16,144 nucleotides of DNA, from the UHGV virus genome UHGV-0251712; one strand, 5' to 3'. Of this stretch, positions 9,317 to 16,144 are shown piece after piece. The stretch's first letter is position 1. The number at the start of each line of letters is the position of its first letter. Made by a program: the position numbers and the translations under genes. Origin of the DNA: a virus. The notes under the pieces are model-generated. The model made no database searches. It was given only the letters and a program-made list of their open reading frames with translations, and was not told where the DNA came from.

Positions 9317-10648
9317 TTACTGCCCCAAAGATGGAAGATATCCGTAGCGATTAATGAAGTCGATTGACAGCTCGGGGTGCTGCTTCAGGTAATCTATAGA
9401 AGCCTGAGGCGCTTCCACTCGCTTGATACCGTTTTGCTGAACGTACTTACCAACCGCCTCATTACGCTTCTGGTTGAGCGTGTTCAGGATGACGCCAGCG
9501 TTGCGACGAAAGGACTCCTCGCTCTGCGAGTTCTGCAGCGAACCAACAGCCTGGTCGAGCTTTTTGCCCTCGGCATCAGAAAGTGCGCCCATGCCTCGCA
9601 TGGCCTGAACCGCTGTCAGGTATGCTTGGGATTTAAAGGTATCAAGTCGTGCCTGAGTGTCTGCAGCCTGTGAGCCTGGAACGTTGGGGATTACTCCACG
9701 TAAGCCTGTAATGCTCTTAAGTGAAGGAGAACTAACGATATCGTTCAGAGTGAACATGCTGGTTGTGAGGGTGTTGATGCCGTCTTTGTAGCCATCATTT
9801 AGCGCTTGCTGCTTCTGCTGCAACTGCTGGTTGTTGGCTGCTATGCGGCTCTGTATTTCCTGGCGCTTCAGGTCGTTAGTTTCTGCTGATAGCATCCGGT
9901 CAAGGCGCTTATTTTCGTTGTTAATGCGGTTTGTTTCTGCGTCCAGATTAATGCGCTGCTGACCTAAATTCGCCTGGATATCTTGCCCGCGCATTGTGAT
10001 TGCCTGATTCCGAGCGGCGGTTTGCGAATCCAGATCCTGACCGCGCATGGTAACCTGGCGACCCTGCATTTTATCCTGTAGGTCAAAGTATTTTTCGGGT
10101 CCGAGACTGTTCATCCCCAGGTGATCGACAAATTCGCCGAACTGCCGCGGGTTCTGTTGGTACATCTGAGCGACATCCTGAGGATTAACGCCAACACGAG
10201 CTAACTCACCGGCGTTGTTTTGCAGCCATGATTGCATTGCTTCTGGAGACGATGACGCAAGGCGTGCGCCAGCCGCTAAGGTGCCGATAGAATTACGCTG
10301 ATCTTCATCAATGAATCCCATGCCTTTACGAACGGATTCAATCTGTTCTGGATATTGAGTAGCCAACTGACGCAAAGCACCGCGATCACCAGACGCATAA
10401 GCATTAGCGTATGCCTGCTGAAATTCTTTCTGCCGCTGAGCCTGCTTTTCCTGCTGAAACACCCCCGCAATACCTGAAAGGCCTTGCAAAGCAGTCAGCC
10501 CAACATTGTTAGCGCCTGAACGCTCAATATCATTGTTCTGCCTGATAAGCTGAAGCGTATTGCCGATGTCATTTACGCTCGGAGCGTTTGAGTTGACGCC
10601 GCCGATACCAGCCAACAATCCGCCGTTTGTTCCTTGCCAAGTAGCCAT
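9317..10648 (-). CDS. Phage ejection/DNA-transfer protein (P22 gene 20-like)
   Basis: 443 aa, Q/N/A-rich low-complexity with coiled-coil character; in operon with and immediately upstream of the 797-aa protein; size and context fit P22-like gp20. Family assignment is by context only. Confidence 0.55.
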   Translation of the reverse strand: MATWQGTNGGLLAGIGGVNSNAPSVNDIGNTLQLIRQNNDIERSGANNVGLTALQGLSGIAGVFQQEKQAQRQKEFQQAYANAYASGDRGALRQLATQYPEQIESVRKGMGFIDEDQRNSIGTLAAGARLASSSPEAMQSWLQNNAGELARVGVNPQDVAQMYQQNPRQFGEFVDHLGMNSLGPEKYFDLQDKMQGRQVTMRGQDLDSQTAARNQAITMRGQDIQANLGQQRINLDAETNRINNENKRLDRMLSAETNDLKRQEIQSRIAANNQQLQQKQQALNDGYKDGINTLTTSMFTLNDIVSSPSLKSITGLRGVIPNVPGSQAADTQARLDTFKSQAYLTAVQAMRGMGALSDAEGKKLDQAVGSLQNSQSEESFRRNAGVILNTLNQKRNEAVGKYVQQNGIKRVEAPQASIDYLKQHPELSIDFINRYGYLPSLGQ

Positions 10649-10657
10649 GATTACCCC

Positions 10658-10855
10658 TTAAAACAACGAGCCAAGCAATCCGATACCAGCACCAATGCCA
10701 GCGCCCCAAGGCGTTGATGTTCCCAAAAGGCTGGCAAGACCTGCACCGGCAATCGCACCAGACGTGCCACCGCTAATTGCAGTCTGAAGACTTGATGGTT
10801 TAACCAAAGAGTAGTTGGCTTTGGGGTGACGTGAAGTGCAGCTGCACGACGGCAA
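10658..10855 (-). CDS. Small Gly/Ala-rich ORF, possibly the 3' remnant of an upstream ejection-protein gene (gene 7-like) truncated by a deletion joint
   Basis: 65-aa ORF ending 9 bp before the 443-aa gene. Hydrophobic Gly/Ala-rich C-terminus. Begins at a TTG inside the region occupied on the other strand by the ssb fragment, so its 5' end is unlikely to be native. Confidence 0.3.
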   Translation of the reverse strand: MPSCSCTSRHPKANYSLVKPSSLQTAISGGTSGAIAGAGLASLLGTSTPWGAGIGAGIGLLGSLF

Positions 10856-11267
10856 CCTGACAATAGCAACGTCAGAACAATGGCGAGATAAAAATACTGG
10901 CGAGCAAAAGGAATTGACTGAATGGCATCGTGTTGCTGTATCCGGGAAACTGGCTGAGGTCGTGGGGCAGTATGTGAAAAAAGGTGATCAGATTTATTTC
11001 GAGGGAATGCTGAGAACCAGAAAGTGGAAAGACCAGTCAGGGCAAGACCGTTACACAACCGAGGTTCATGTCGGAATTAATGGCGTGATGCAAATGCTTG
11101 GCGGCATTGGCGACAGCAAACAACAAGCAGCCAGCAGGCAATCACAGAAGCCACAGCAGCAATCATCACCAGCACAACACAACGAACCTCCGATGGATTT
11201 TGACGACGATATACCCTTTGCACCAGTAACTCTCCCCTTCCCTCGTCACGCTATTCACGCAATTTAA
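10830..11267 (+). pseudogene. ssb: Single-stranded DNA-binding protein gene (ssb), 5'-truncated and with a C-terminal extension beyond the DDDIPF tip
   Basis: Translation [22 protein letters not shown]...[54 protein letters not shown]...[10 protein letters not shown] aligns with E. coli SSB from about residue 30 onward. The N-terminal ~30 residues are absent (in-frame stop at 10827-10829). After DDDIPF there is no stop and the frame continues 15 codons. Confidence 0.75.
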
Positions 11268-11280
11268 TCAGGAGAAAATC

Positions 11281-11577
11281 ATGCCAGCGCCTCAGTATGG
11301 TGCGGATGACCCGCGCCGCTGTTCCGGCAATTCCGTATCGGAGGTGCTGGATAAATTCAGAAAAAACTACGACCGGATAATGTCGCTACCGCAGGAAACA
11401 AAAGAGGAAAAGGAATTTCGCCACTGTATATGGCTTGCAGAGAAAGAAGAACGAGAGCGAATTTACCAGACATCAATCCGACCATTCCGCAAAGCCACAT
11501 ATACCCACTTCCCTGAATATATCGACCCGCGCCTGCGTAATTACCGCTCACGCTATGGCTCTATCAGTAATGACTGA
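11281..11577 (+). CDS. Hypothetical prophage early-region protein
   Basis: 98-aa ORF with AGGAG ribosome-binding site 7 nt upstream; tightly packed in the early operon after ssb. No family recognised. Confidence 0.45.
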   Translation: MPAPQYGADDPRRCSGNSVSEVLDKFRKNYDRIMSLPQETKEEKEFRHCIWLAEKEERERIYQTSIRPFRKATYTHFPEYIDPRLRNYRSRYGSISND

Positions 11578-11587
11578 GGAATTTACC

Positions 11588-11755
11588 ATGAGAGGACTTG
11601 CATACAATCCCGGCATTCTTCCGGCAGAAATGATTATTCGCCAACGCGTAAAGCCAATGCCATCGAGAGAGGAATTGCTTAAGAGAAATTCTTTTCCGTC
11701 AGTAAATCAAAACAAATATCTGAATGCGATGTGGCGTAAAGGAGGCAAGCAGTGA
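11588..11755 (+). CDS. Hypothetical small protein (55 aa)
   Basis: ATG at 11588 preceded by GAGG, follows the previous gene closely, and its stop overlaps the next start. The longer ORF-track version from 11435 overlaps the preceding gene and is less likely. Confidence 0.3.
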   Translation: MRGLAYNPGILPAEMIIRQRVKPMPSREELLKRNSFPSVNQNKYLNAMWRKGGKQ

Positions 11756-12051
11756 GTGTATGTCTTATTGATAAACGTCGACGTGGGCAACAAATACCAT
11801 CTGTTGGAATGCCGAATCACACATGGTTTTGCGTACTTGATATCGATGGTATGGATGCGTTGGTTGACACTCGTCATTACTGCGATACCGCAACAGCTAC
11901 TCCGGCGAAAGCAAAGAAAATGGCTGCTCTGATAGAAAACTGGACTCCACCTGATGGTTGGTGCAATGGGAATGATCGAGATTGGCACGAAAAAATGAAG
12001 GGCTATATCTGCGATTTTTTACGTAAATGCAACGGATTCAGGGTGATGTGA
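11752..12051 (+). CDS. Hypothetical prophage early-region protein (GTG start)
   Basis: 99-aa ORF; GTG start 6 nt after a GGAGG ribosome-binding site; overlaps the upstream stop. No family recognised. Confidence 0.4.
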   Translation: MSVCLIDKRRRGQQIPSVGMPNHTWFCVLDIDGMDALVDTRHYCDTATATPAKAKKMAALIENWTPPDGWCNGNDRDWHEKMKGYICDFLRKCNGFRVM

Positions 12052-12052
12052 C

Positions 12053-12742
12053 ATGAGCAAGATTGCCTATCAGGCACTGCGTGAAAAGGCAGAGAAAGCA
12101 ACGTGTGGTGTGTGGTCGCTCGAATATGGAGAGGGCCGATTTGATGGTGATGATGCGCTAATTCATCGTGAAGTTGCTGGATATATTCCCATTTGCAGAA
12201 TTGAAGGAGCGCATCCTGAAAGCGGTTTCGATGAAGATTTCCAAATGGAACAGCAGGCCAATGCTGAATTCATCGCAGCAGCCAGTCCAGCTACCGTGCT
12301 GGCACTACTGGATGAACGGGAAAGAAACCAGCAGTACATCAAACGCCGCGACCAGGAGAACGAAGATATTGCGCTAACGGTAGGGAAGCTGCGTGTTGAT
12401 CTGGAAGCCGCAGAGAAGCGCAACGCAAAATTACAAAGCGAGAATGCATACATCCGCAACAGGTACAAAGAACTGGACCTATTAATCGGGAAAAACATTC
12501 TGGTCATGCAGGCTGCCATTATCGAATGGCAATCTACTGGCGACGCTAAAAGCGGACTGGCATGGATTTATAACACACTGTTTGGCCCAGGCGAATTGCC
12601 GGACGAATCTGAGAAAGATGCTCAGGCCTACTTTAATCGCAAAAATGAACCGATTGACGAAAAGCTTATGGAGCTTCACAAGTGGTTTTGGGAACAAAGT
12701 GAAGCCGAGCGTGTCGCTGGCATTCGCATCAAAGGAGAGTGA
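12053..12742 (+). CDS. Ead/Ea22-like family protein (lambdoid early-left accessory protein)
   Basis: 229 aa with a central coiled-coil-like segment; N-terminus MSKIAYQALREKAEK... resembles proteins annotated Ead/Ea22-like in enterobacterial prophages (recollection, not searched); position in the early-left region. Confidence 0.5.
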   Translation: MSKIAYQALREKAEKATCGVWSLEYGEGRFDGDDALIHREVAGYIPICRIEGAHPESGFDEDFQMEQQANAEFIAAASPATVLALLDERERNQQYIKRRDQENEDIALTVGKLRVDLEAAEKRNAKLQSENAYIRNRYKELDLLIGKNILVMQAAIIEWQSTGDAKSGLAWIYNTLFGPGELPDESEKDAQAYFNRKNEPIDEKLMELHKWFWEQSEAERVAGIRIKGE

Positions 12743-12743
12743 T

Positions 12744-12941
12744 ATGGATAAAAACACCACTGCTTACTGGAATCTGTCACTTGATACCGAATGCCCAAAA
12801 TGCGGTCACAATTTCGATCTGCTTTGTGACGCTGATTTCTGGGAGTTTTCTGGAGCTAAACAGGCATGTGAAGAAATAAAAGGTTACAAAACATGCTGTC
12901 CGGAATGTAACCATGAATTTAAAACAGATTTCATATATTGA
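12744..12941 (+). CDS. Small zinc-ribbon protein
   Basis: 65 aa with CPKCG...CCPEC (two CxxC pairs). ATG overlaps the Ead stop (TGATATG) with an AAAGGAGAG ribosome-binding site upstream. Confidence 0.5.
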   Translation: MDKNTTAYWNLSLDTECPKCGHNFDLLCDADFWEFSGAKQACEEIKGYKTCCPECNHEFKTDFIY

Positions 12942-12951
12942 GGCATAACAA

Positions 12952-13398
12952 ATGACCACTATTACCAAAGAACGTATTGAATTGTTCATTAAAAATCCGC
13001 TTGAAAACGGGCTTACTCGTGGCGAACAAATGGAACTGGCACGAATTGCACTGGCATCACTGGAACGCGAACTGATTCGCCACGAGCATGCCAAATGGTC
13101 TGACTCCACATTTGGCTGCGTTGGCCCCATTGGTCCACTGAAACACCTCTCAAAAGAGACACTGGAAGCCGCAGCCGAACCAGACGATCTTAGCGAGTGG
13201 GCTGATATGCAGTTTCTGTTGTGGGATGCACAGCGCCGTGCTGGCATCAGCGATGCTGAAATTACCGCTGCTATGGAAGATAAATTGAAGATCAACATGG
13301 AGCGCCAGTGGCCTGAGCCAAAAGATGGTGAGCCTCGCTTGCACATTAAAGAACTCGGCAACTCTCCGGTAATTCCGGATGGTTCGGATGATGGTTAA
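12952..13398 (+). CDS. MazG-like nucleotide pyrophosphohydrolase-like protein (DUF550-like)
   Basis: 148 aa; segments HLSKETLEAAAE and DLSEWADMQFLLWDAQRRAG resemble the paired E-rich helices of MazG/HisE-type all-alpha NTP pyrophosphohydrolases. Assignment by motif resemblance only. Confidence 0.45.
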   Translation: MTTITKERIELFIKNPLENGLTRGEQMELARIALASLERELIRHEHAKWSDSTFGCVGPIGPLKHLSKETLEAAAEPDDLSEWADMQFLLWDAQRRAGISDAEITAAMEDKLKINMERQWPEPKDGEPRLHIKELGNSPVIPDGSDDG

Positions 13399-13433
13399 CC
13401 ATTTTTGATGTAAAAACATCCTTCTCTGAGGGC

Positions 13434-13462
13434 TTGCTCCTCAATAAGTTTGGTTTTATAAT
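13434..13462 (+). promoter_or_regulatory. Candidate sigma70 promoter for the NYN gene (TTGCTC - 17 bp - TATAAT)
   Basis: Perfect -10 hexamer TATAAT at 13457-13462 with TTGCTC 17 bp upstream, in the 149-bp gap before the NYN ORF. Sequence-only prediction. Confidence 0.3.
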
Positions 13463-13547
13463 TACGCGCAATGAAGGTGGGCGGTTCGCTACTATACAAG
13501 AGGGGTGTACCCCGCGAACTTAACCCACCACCACTTTCCTCTCTACT

Positions 13548-14195
13548 ATGAATTGCAAATCAATGACCAGAAAATATGCCATCATGATCGATGCTGGTTT
13601 TTTGCGTGCAAAATTAGGCACAAAAGATAAGCCAATCGATGCGGAAGTAATCAAAGTATTTGTAGAAAAACTAACAAAAAGGCATGAACTAGAAGGCATG
13701 ATTTTGCACCGTGTTTATTATTACGATGCAGAGCCGCTTACCGGAATACAGACGCATCCGATTAGTGGAGAGAAAATTGACTTCTCTGAAACAGAAGTTT
13801 CTAAAAGAAATAAAGCCATGCTTGATGAGTTGAAAAGAACTCCTTTTTTTGCAGTAAGACTTGGAGAGACAAACTTTCGAGGATGGAAGGTTGACCCATG
13901 GGCATTAAAGAGCAGTGACTCTAAAACTTCTTCCATTAATGCCTACAATGTTAAGCCTAATGTTCAGCAGAAAGGCGTTGATATGCGTATTGCGTTAGAT
14001 ATGTCATCAATGTCATTAAAAAAACAGGCAGATATATATGCTTTGGTGACTGGTGATTCAGATTTTGTTCCAATTATAAAATTTGCTAGGAAAGAAGGCC
14101 GACAGATTTTTCTATACACACTGGGACATAGTGTCAAGCAGACGATGTATGAACATTCCGATTTGTTAGTGCCAGATACCATGGATAAATTGTGA
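13548..14195 (+). CDS. NYN-domain (PIN-like, LabA/limkain-b1-type) predicted ribonuclease
   Basis: 215 aa with NYN hallmarks: N-terminal YAIMIDAGF, central KGVDMRIALDM, and C-terminal ALVTGDSDFVPIIKFARKEGRQIF (the typical GDxDF...G block). AT-rich relative to flanking phage genes. True start may be the ATG at 13563. Confidence 0.65.
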   Translation: MNCKSMTRKYAIMIDAGFLRAKLGTKDKPIDAEVIKVFVEKLTKRHELEGMILHRVYYYDAEPLTGIQTHPISGEKIDFSETEVSKRNKAMLDELKRTPFFAVRLGETNFRGWKVDPWALKSSDSKTSSINAYNVKPNVQQKGVDMRIALDMSSMSLKKQADIYALVTGDSDFVPIIKFARKEGRQIFLYTLGHSVKQTMYEHSDLLVPDTMDKL

Positions 14196-14374
14196 TTGGA
14201 GCTAGGAATAGGTTAGCCGCGCCTTAATAGATGATCCATTCTGGCAGAAAAAGAACACAAAGAAGTAGCCTAAGTGCCCCCAACTGCATTTACACCCAGG
14301 CCCTCATTGCGGGTCTTTCTATTTACAGAGATGGCTGAGCAGAACGCCAAGAACTGACAACCTGAACGAATACG

Positions 14375-14400
14375 AACCCGCCTAGTGCGGGTTTTCTTTT
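14375..14400 (+). terminator. Rho-independent terminator (stem aacccgc/gcgggtt plus T-run)
   Basis: 7-bp GC-rich stem with 5-nt loop followed by TTCTTTT. Confidence 0.65.
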
Positions 14401-14406
14401 ATCTGA

Positions 14407-14430
14407 ACTCGCTACGGCGAGTTTTGTTTT
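14407..14430 (+). terminator. Second tandem rho-independent terminator (stem actcgc/gcgagt plus T-run)
   Basis: 6-bp stem with 4-nt loop followed by TTTTGTTTT. Confidence 0.55.
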
Positions 14431-14442
14431 ATGGAGATGATT

Positions 14443-14742
14443 ATGGCCTGTTCAACATTCAACCATTTAACGTTACAGAAATACCAGCCAGACCCTGAAG
14501 ATTTATGCTCACTGTGTGGCGGAAATCATGGTAAAGCCGCCATGATCGAATGTAAGGACAAAATCCACATTTGCCTTAATTGCGTTGATGTCCTCGTTGA
14601 TATCAAAAATGAGAGAGAAGATAAAAAGCGTAGCGAGGCTATTCGCGCATTAGATTCATGGATGCGAGATGGGTATAGTGCTGCGCAAATTTATGACTTC
14701 GCAATATCAAAAGGCGAAATACCAGGAGTGCGCATCGAATAA
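14443..14742 (+). CDS. Small zinc-ribbon protein bounded by terminators
   Basis: CSLCGG...C...CLNC cysteine pattern. Start chosen at the ATG at 14443 because GGAG lies 6 nt upstream; the ORF track starts at 14431, which abuts the terminator T-run. Confidence 0.45.
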   Translation: MACSTFNHLTLQKYQPDPEDLCSLCGGNHGKAAMIECKDKIHICLNCVDVLVDIKNEREDKKRSEAIRALDSWMRDGYSAAQIYDFAISKGEIPGVRIE

Positions 14743-14782
14743 GACGTAACCAATATTCGAATTGAAGAACTGAAAGAACACC

Positions 14783-14809
14783 AAGCCGCCTGATGGCGGT
14801 TTCTTTTTG
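14783..14809 (+). terminator. Rho-independent terminator (stem aagccgcc/ggcgguu plus T-run)
   Basis: GC-rich hairpin followed by TTCTTTTT immediately after the zinc-ribbon ORF. Confidence 0.6.
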
Positions 14810-14822
14810 CCTGGAGAATTAA

Positions 14823-14927
14823 GATGACCGATACCAGCCTGATTCCTGAGAAAGAAGTGATGAACAAGCTCGGTGTTTCATCACGTCAGACAATCTGGAA
14901 CTATACCAAACGGCACGGATGGATATA
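14823..14927 (+). pseudogene. AlpA/excisionase-family helix-turn-helix gene, 3'-truncated (34 codons)
   Basis: MTDTSLIPEKEVMNKLGVSSRQTIWNYTKRHG fits the AlpA/Xis-type HTH pattern (L-x-x-x-E-V...G-x-S-R-x-T-I-x). Intact members run about 60-70 aa. Here the frame ends WI-stop inside the 36-bp inverted-repeat copy that starts at 14917. Confidence 0.5.
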
Positions 14928-14952
14928 GGTTACTGGCGAACACATGATTTCA
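14917..14952. repeat. Left copy of perfect 36-bp inverted repeat bracketing the integrase 3' segment
   Basis: ggatggatataggttactggcgaacacatgatttca is exactly the reverse complement of 15154-15189, with mismatches immediately outside both ends. Confidence 0.9.
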
Positions 14953-15140
14953 GAAGAACGCTTGTTACACGTCTGTCCGAGATGAATGTCGAGCCTCATG
15001 TTACTGAGCGAATGCTCGGTCATGAACTTGGCGGGATAATGTCCGTATACAATAAACACGATTGGATAGAGGCTCAGCGCAAAGCGTATGAGCTTCACGC
15101 TGATAAATTGTTCTGGCACATCAGGAGCATTTCTGATTAA
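14919..15140 (+). pseudogene. Detached C-terminal segment of a tyrosine integrase, inverted relative to the rest of the gene
   Basis: MDIGYWRTHDFRRTLVTRLSEMNVEPHVTERMLGHELGGIMSVYNKHDWIEAQRKAYELHADKLFW carries the H-x-x-R and catalytic Tyr region. Its first 11 residues duplicate the last residues of the minus-strand integrase ORF. Confidence 0.8.
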
Positions 15141-15148
15141 CGCCACCG

Positions 15149-16144
15149 TTAAGTGAAATCATGTGTTCGCCAGTAACCTATATCCATCCCTCCCCTTATT
15201 CTATTTACGAATCGGTTGGCTGCAGCGATGCTGATCGGTTTGTTTATGTCTTCTCCAGGGAAAAGAACATCATTGTACGTTGTCATGGCCTTATCGAGGA
15301 AAGGCTTAATTTGTTCGAAGATTGGACGGCGGATAACATTACCCATCTTGCTATGCTCTTTCGGTACGGTCCATACGTTGTCCAGCAGGTCAAATTCTGT
15401 CTTTGTTGCCAGCCTAAGCTCTGAGAGCCTCGCCCCCCACAGCATAAGCATCTGATGAAGGAGCTTATTTGACGTAGACGCACGGCTTCTTTCAATAGCA
15501 AGCCAAATCTTAGCCAGTTCGTGATACGACAGTACCCGATCCCCTACCTCAGCGCGGGAGCCGAAGTCCCTTGGCTGGATGCTCATAATTGCGCAACTAT
15601 CTATCAACTGACGCCGCATGCACCAACTAATTGCTGATCTTAGTTGACTTAGCACCTGCCTTGCTCGGCGTGGATTATCTTTTTCTTCTTCGGTAAGCAG
15701 GTCAACCCATTGCTTAACCGTGATAGAAGATGCCGGACGATTAGGAAAGGCGTCATGCATGCGCTTCATAACCGTTGATCGGTAAAGTGCCTGGGTCTTT
15801 TCTCTGAGAGTTGTAGAGACGTAGTTGTCGAACCAGTAGTCGAGACACTGGGCGACCGTCATGGAGTTCTCCACCTTCTCTTCAAAATAAGTGCGTGGAT
15901 CCGTTCCTGAGAAATAGAGCTTTCGCAAGTCAGCAGTGATCTGTCTGGCATCCTTCAAAGACAGGGATGGGTATCGACCAAGCCCAAGTCGATTAGGCTT
16001 GCCATGCCAGCGATAGCGGTACTGGAACTGGATGACCCCCTTCGGTGAAATTCGTACGCTGAGGCCATCGGCATCAGCCACTTCTTGTGGGCCCGAATAT
16101 GGTTTACCATAAATAGTACGCAGTTTTGTGTCGCTTATAGCCAT
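15149..16144 (-). CDS. P4-type tyrosine integrase, N-terminal 330 codons; truncated before the catalytic Tyr
   Basis: N-terminus has the arm-binding pattern of P4-family integrases (GLSVRISPKGVIQFQYRYRWHGKPNRLGLGRYPSLSLKDAR). ORF ends ...GGMDIGYWRTHDFT-stop at the right copy of the 36-bp repeat. Start codon is the last 3 bases of the window. Confidence 0.8.
   Translation of the reverse strand: MAISDTKLRTIYGKPYSGPQEVADADGLSVRISPKGVIQFQYRYRWHGKPNRLGLGRYPSLSLKDARQITADLRKLYFSGTDPRTYFEEKVENSMTVAQCLDYWFDNYVSTTLREKTQALYRSTVMKRMHDAFPNRPASSITVKQWVDLLTEEEKDNPRRARQVLSQLRSAISWCMRRQLIDSCAIMSIQPRDFGSRAEVGDRVLSYHELAKIWLAIERSRASTSNKLLHQMLMLWGARLSELRLATKTEFDLLDNVWTVPKEHSKMGNVIRRPIFEQIKPFLDKAMTTYNDVLFPGEDINKPISIAAANRFVNRIRGGMDIGYWRTHDFT
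15154..15189. repeat. Right copy of perfect 36-bp inverted repeat
   Basis: Reverse complement identical to 14917-14952. Confidence 0.9.

Noticed and set aside
10651-11058. Minus-strand 135-aa ORF overlapping ssb
   Set aside because: Antisense to the clearly SSB-homologous frame; no independent support.
14196-14430. Possible tRNA or small RNA gene between NYN and the zinc-ribbon ORF
   Set aside because: No cloverleaf could be assembled (no acceptor stem, no GTTC-type T-loop in the right place). The hairpins present are better explained as two rho-independent terminators.
1-16144. CRISPR arrays, retron/reverse transcriptase, IS transposases
   Set aside because: No regularly spaced short direct repeats, no reverse-transcriptase-sized ORF with YxDD-type motifs, and no transposase-like ORF with terminal inverted repeats were seen on either strand.

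Overview
This window looks like an enterobacterial (E. coli/Shigella-type) chromosomal segment, with host genes sbmC and dacD on the minus strand (564-2334) followed by a degraded P22-like prophage remnant (about 2585 to the right edge). The first 16 codons of sbcB (exonuclease I) sit at 2537-2584 and then the sequence stops being sbcB, so foreign DNA appears to be joined inside sbcB. The remnant carries an AT-rich acyltransferase-3 family gene, a P22-type tailspike, an Mnt-like repressor, and two large ejection-protein genes. At about 10830-10855 the ejection operon is joined abruptly to a 5'-truncated ssb, which suggests a large internal deletion of the head, lysis, replication and immunity genes. 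To the right are small early-region genes (Ead/Ea22-like, zinc ribbon, MazG-like), then an AT-rich NYN-domain gene with its own promoter and tandem terminators, a second terminator-bounded zinc-ribbon gene, a truncated AlpA-like gene, and a P4-type integrase. The integrase is split: its last 62 codons lie on the opposite strand inside a 201-bp segment bracketed by perfect 36-bp inverted repeats. A second perfect inverted repeat (65 bp arms, 89 bp spacer) lies downstream of sbmC. No CRISPR array, rRNA, tRNA or IS transposase was recognised. All homology statements are from reading the translations and from memory, not from database searches.
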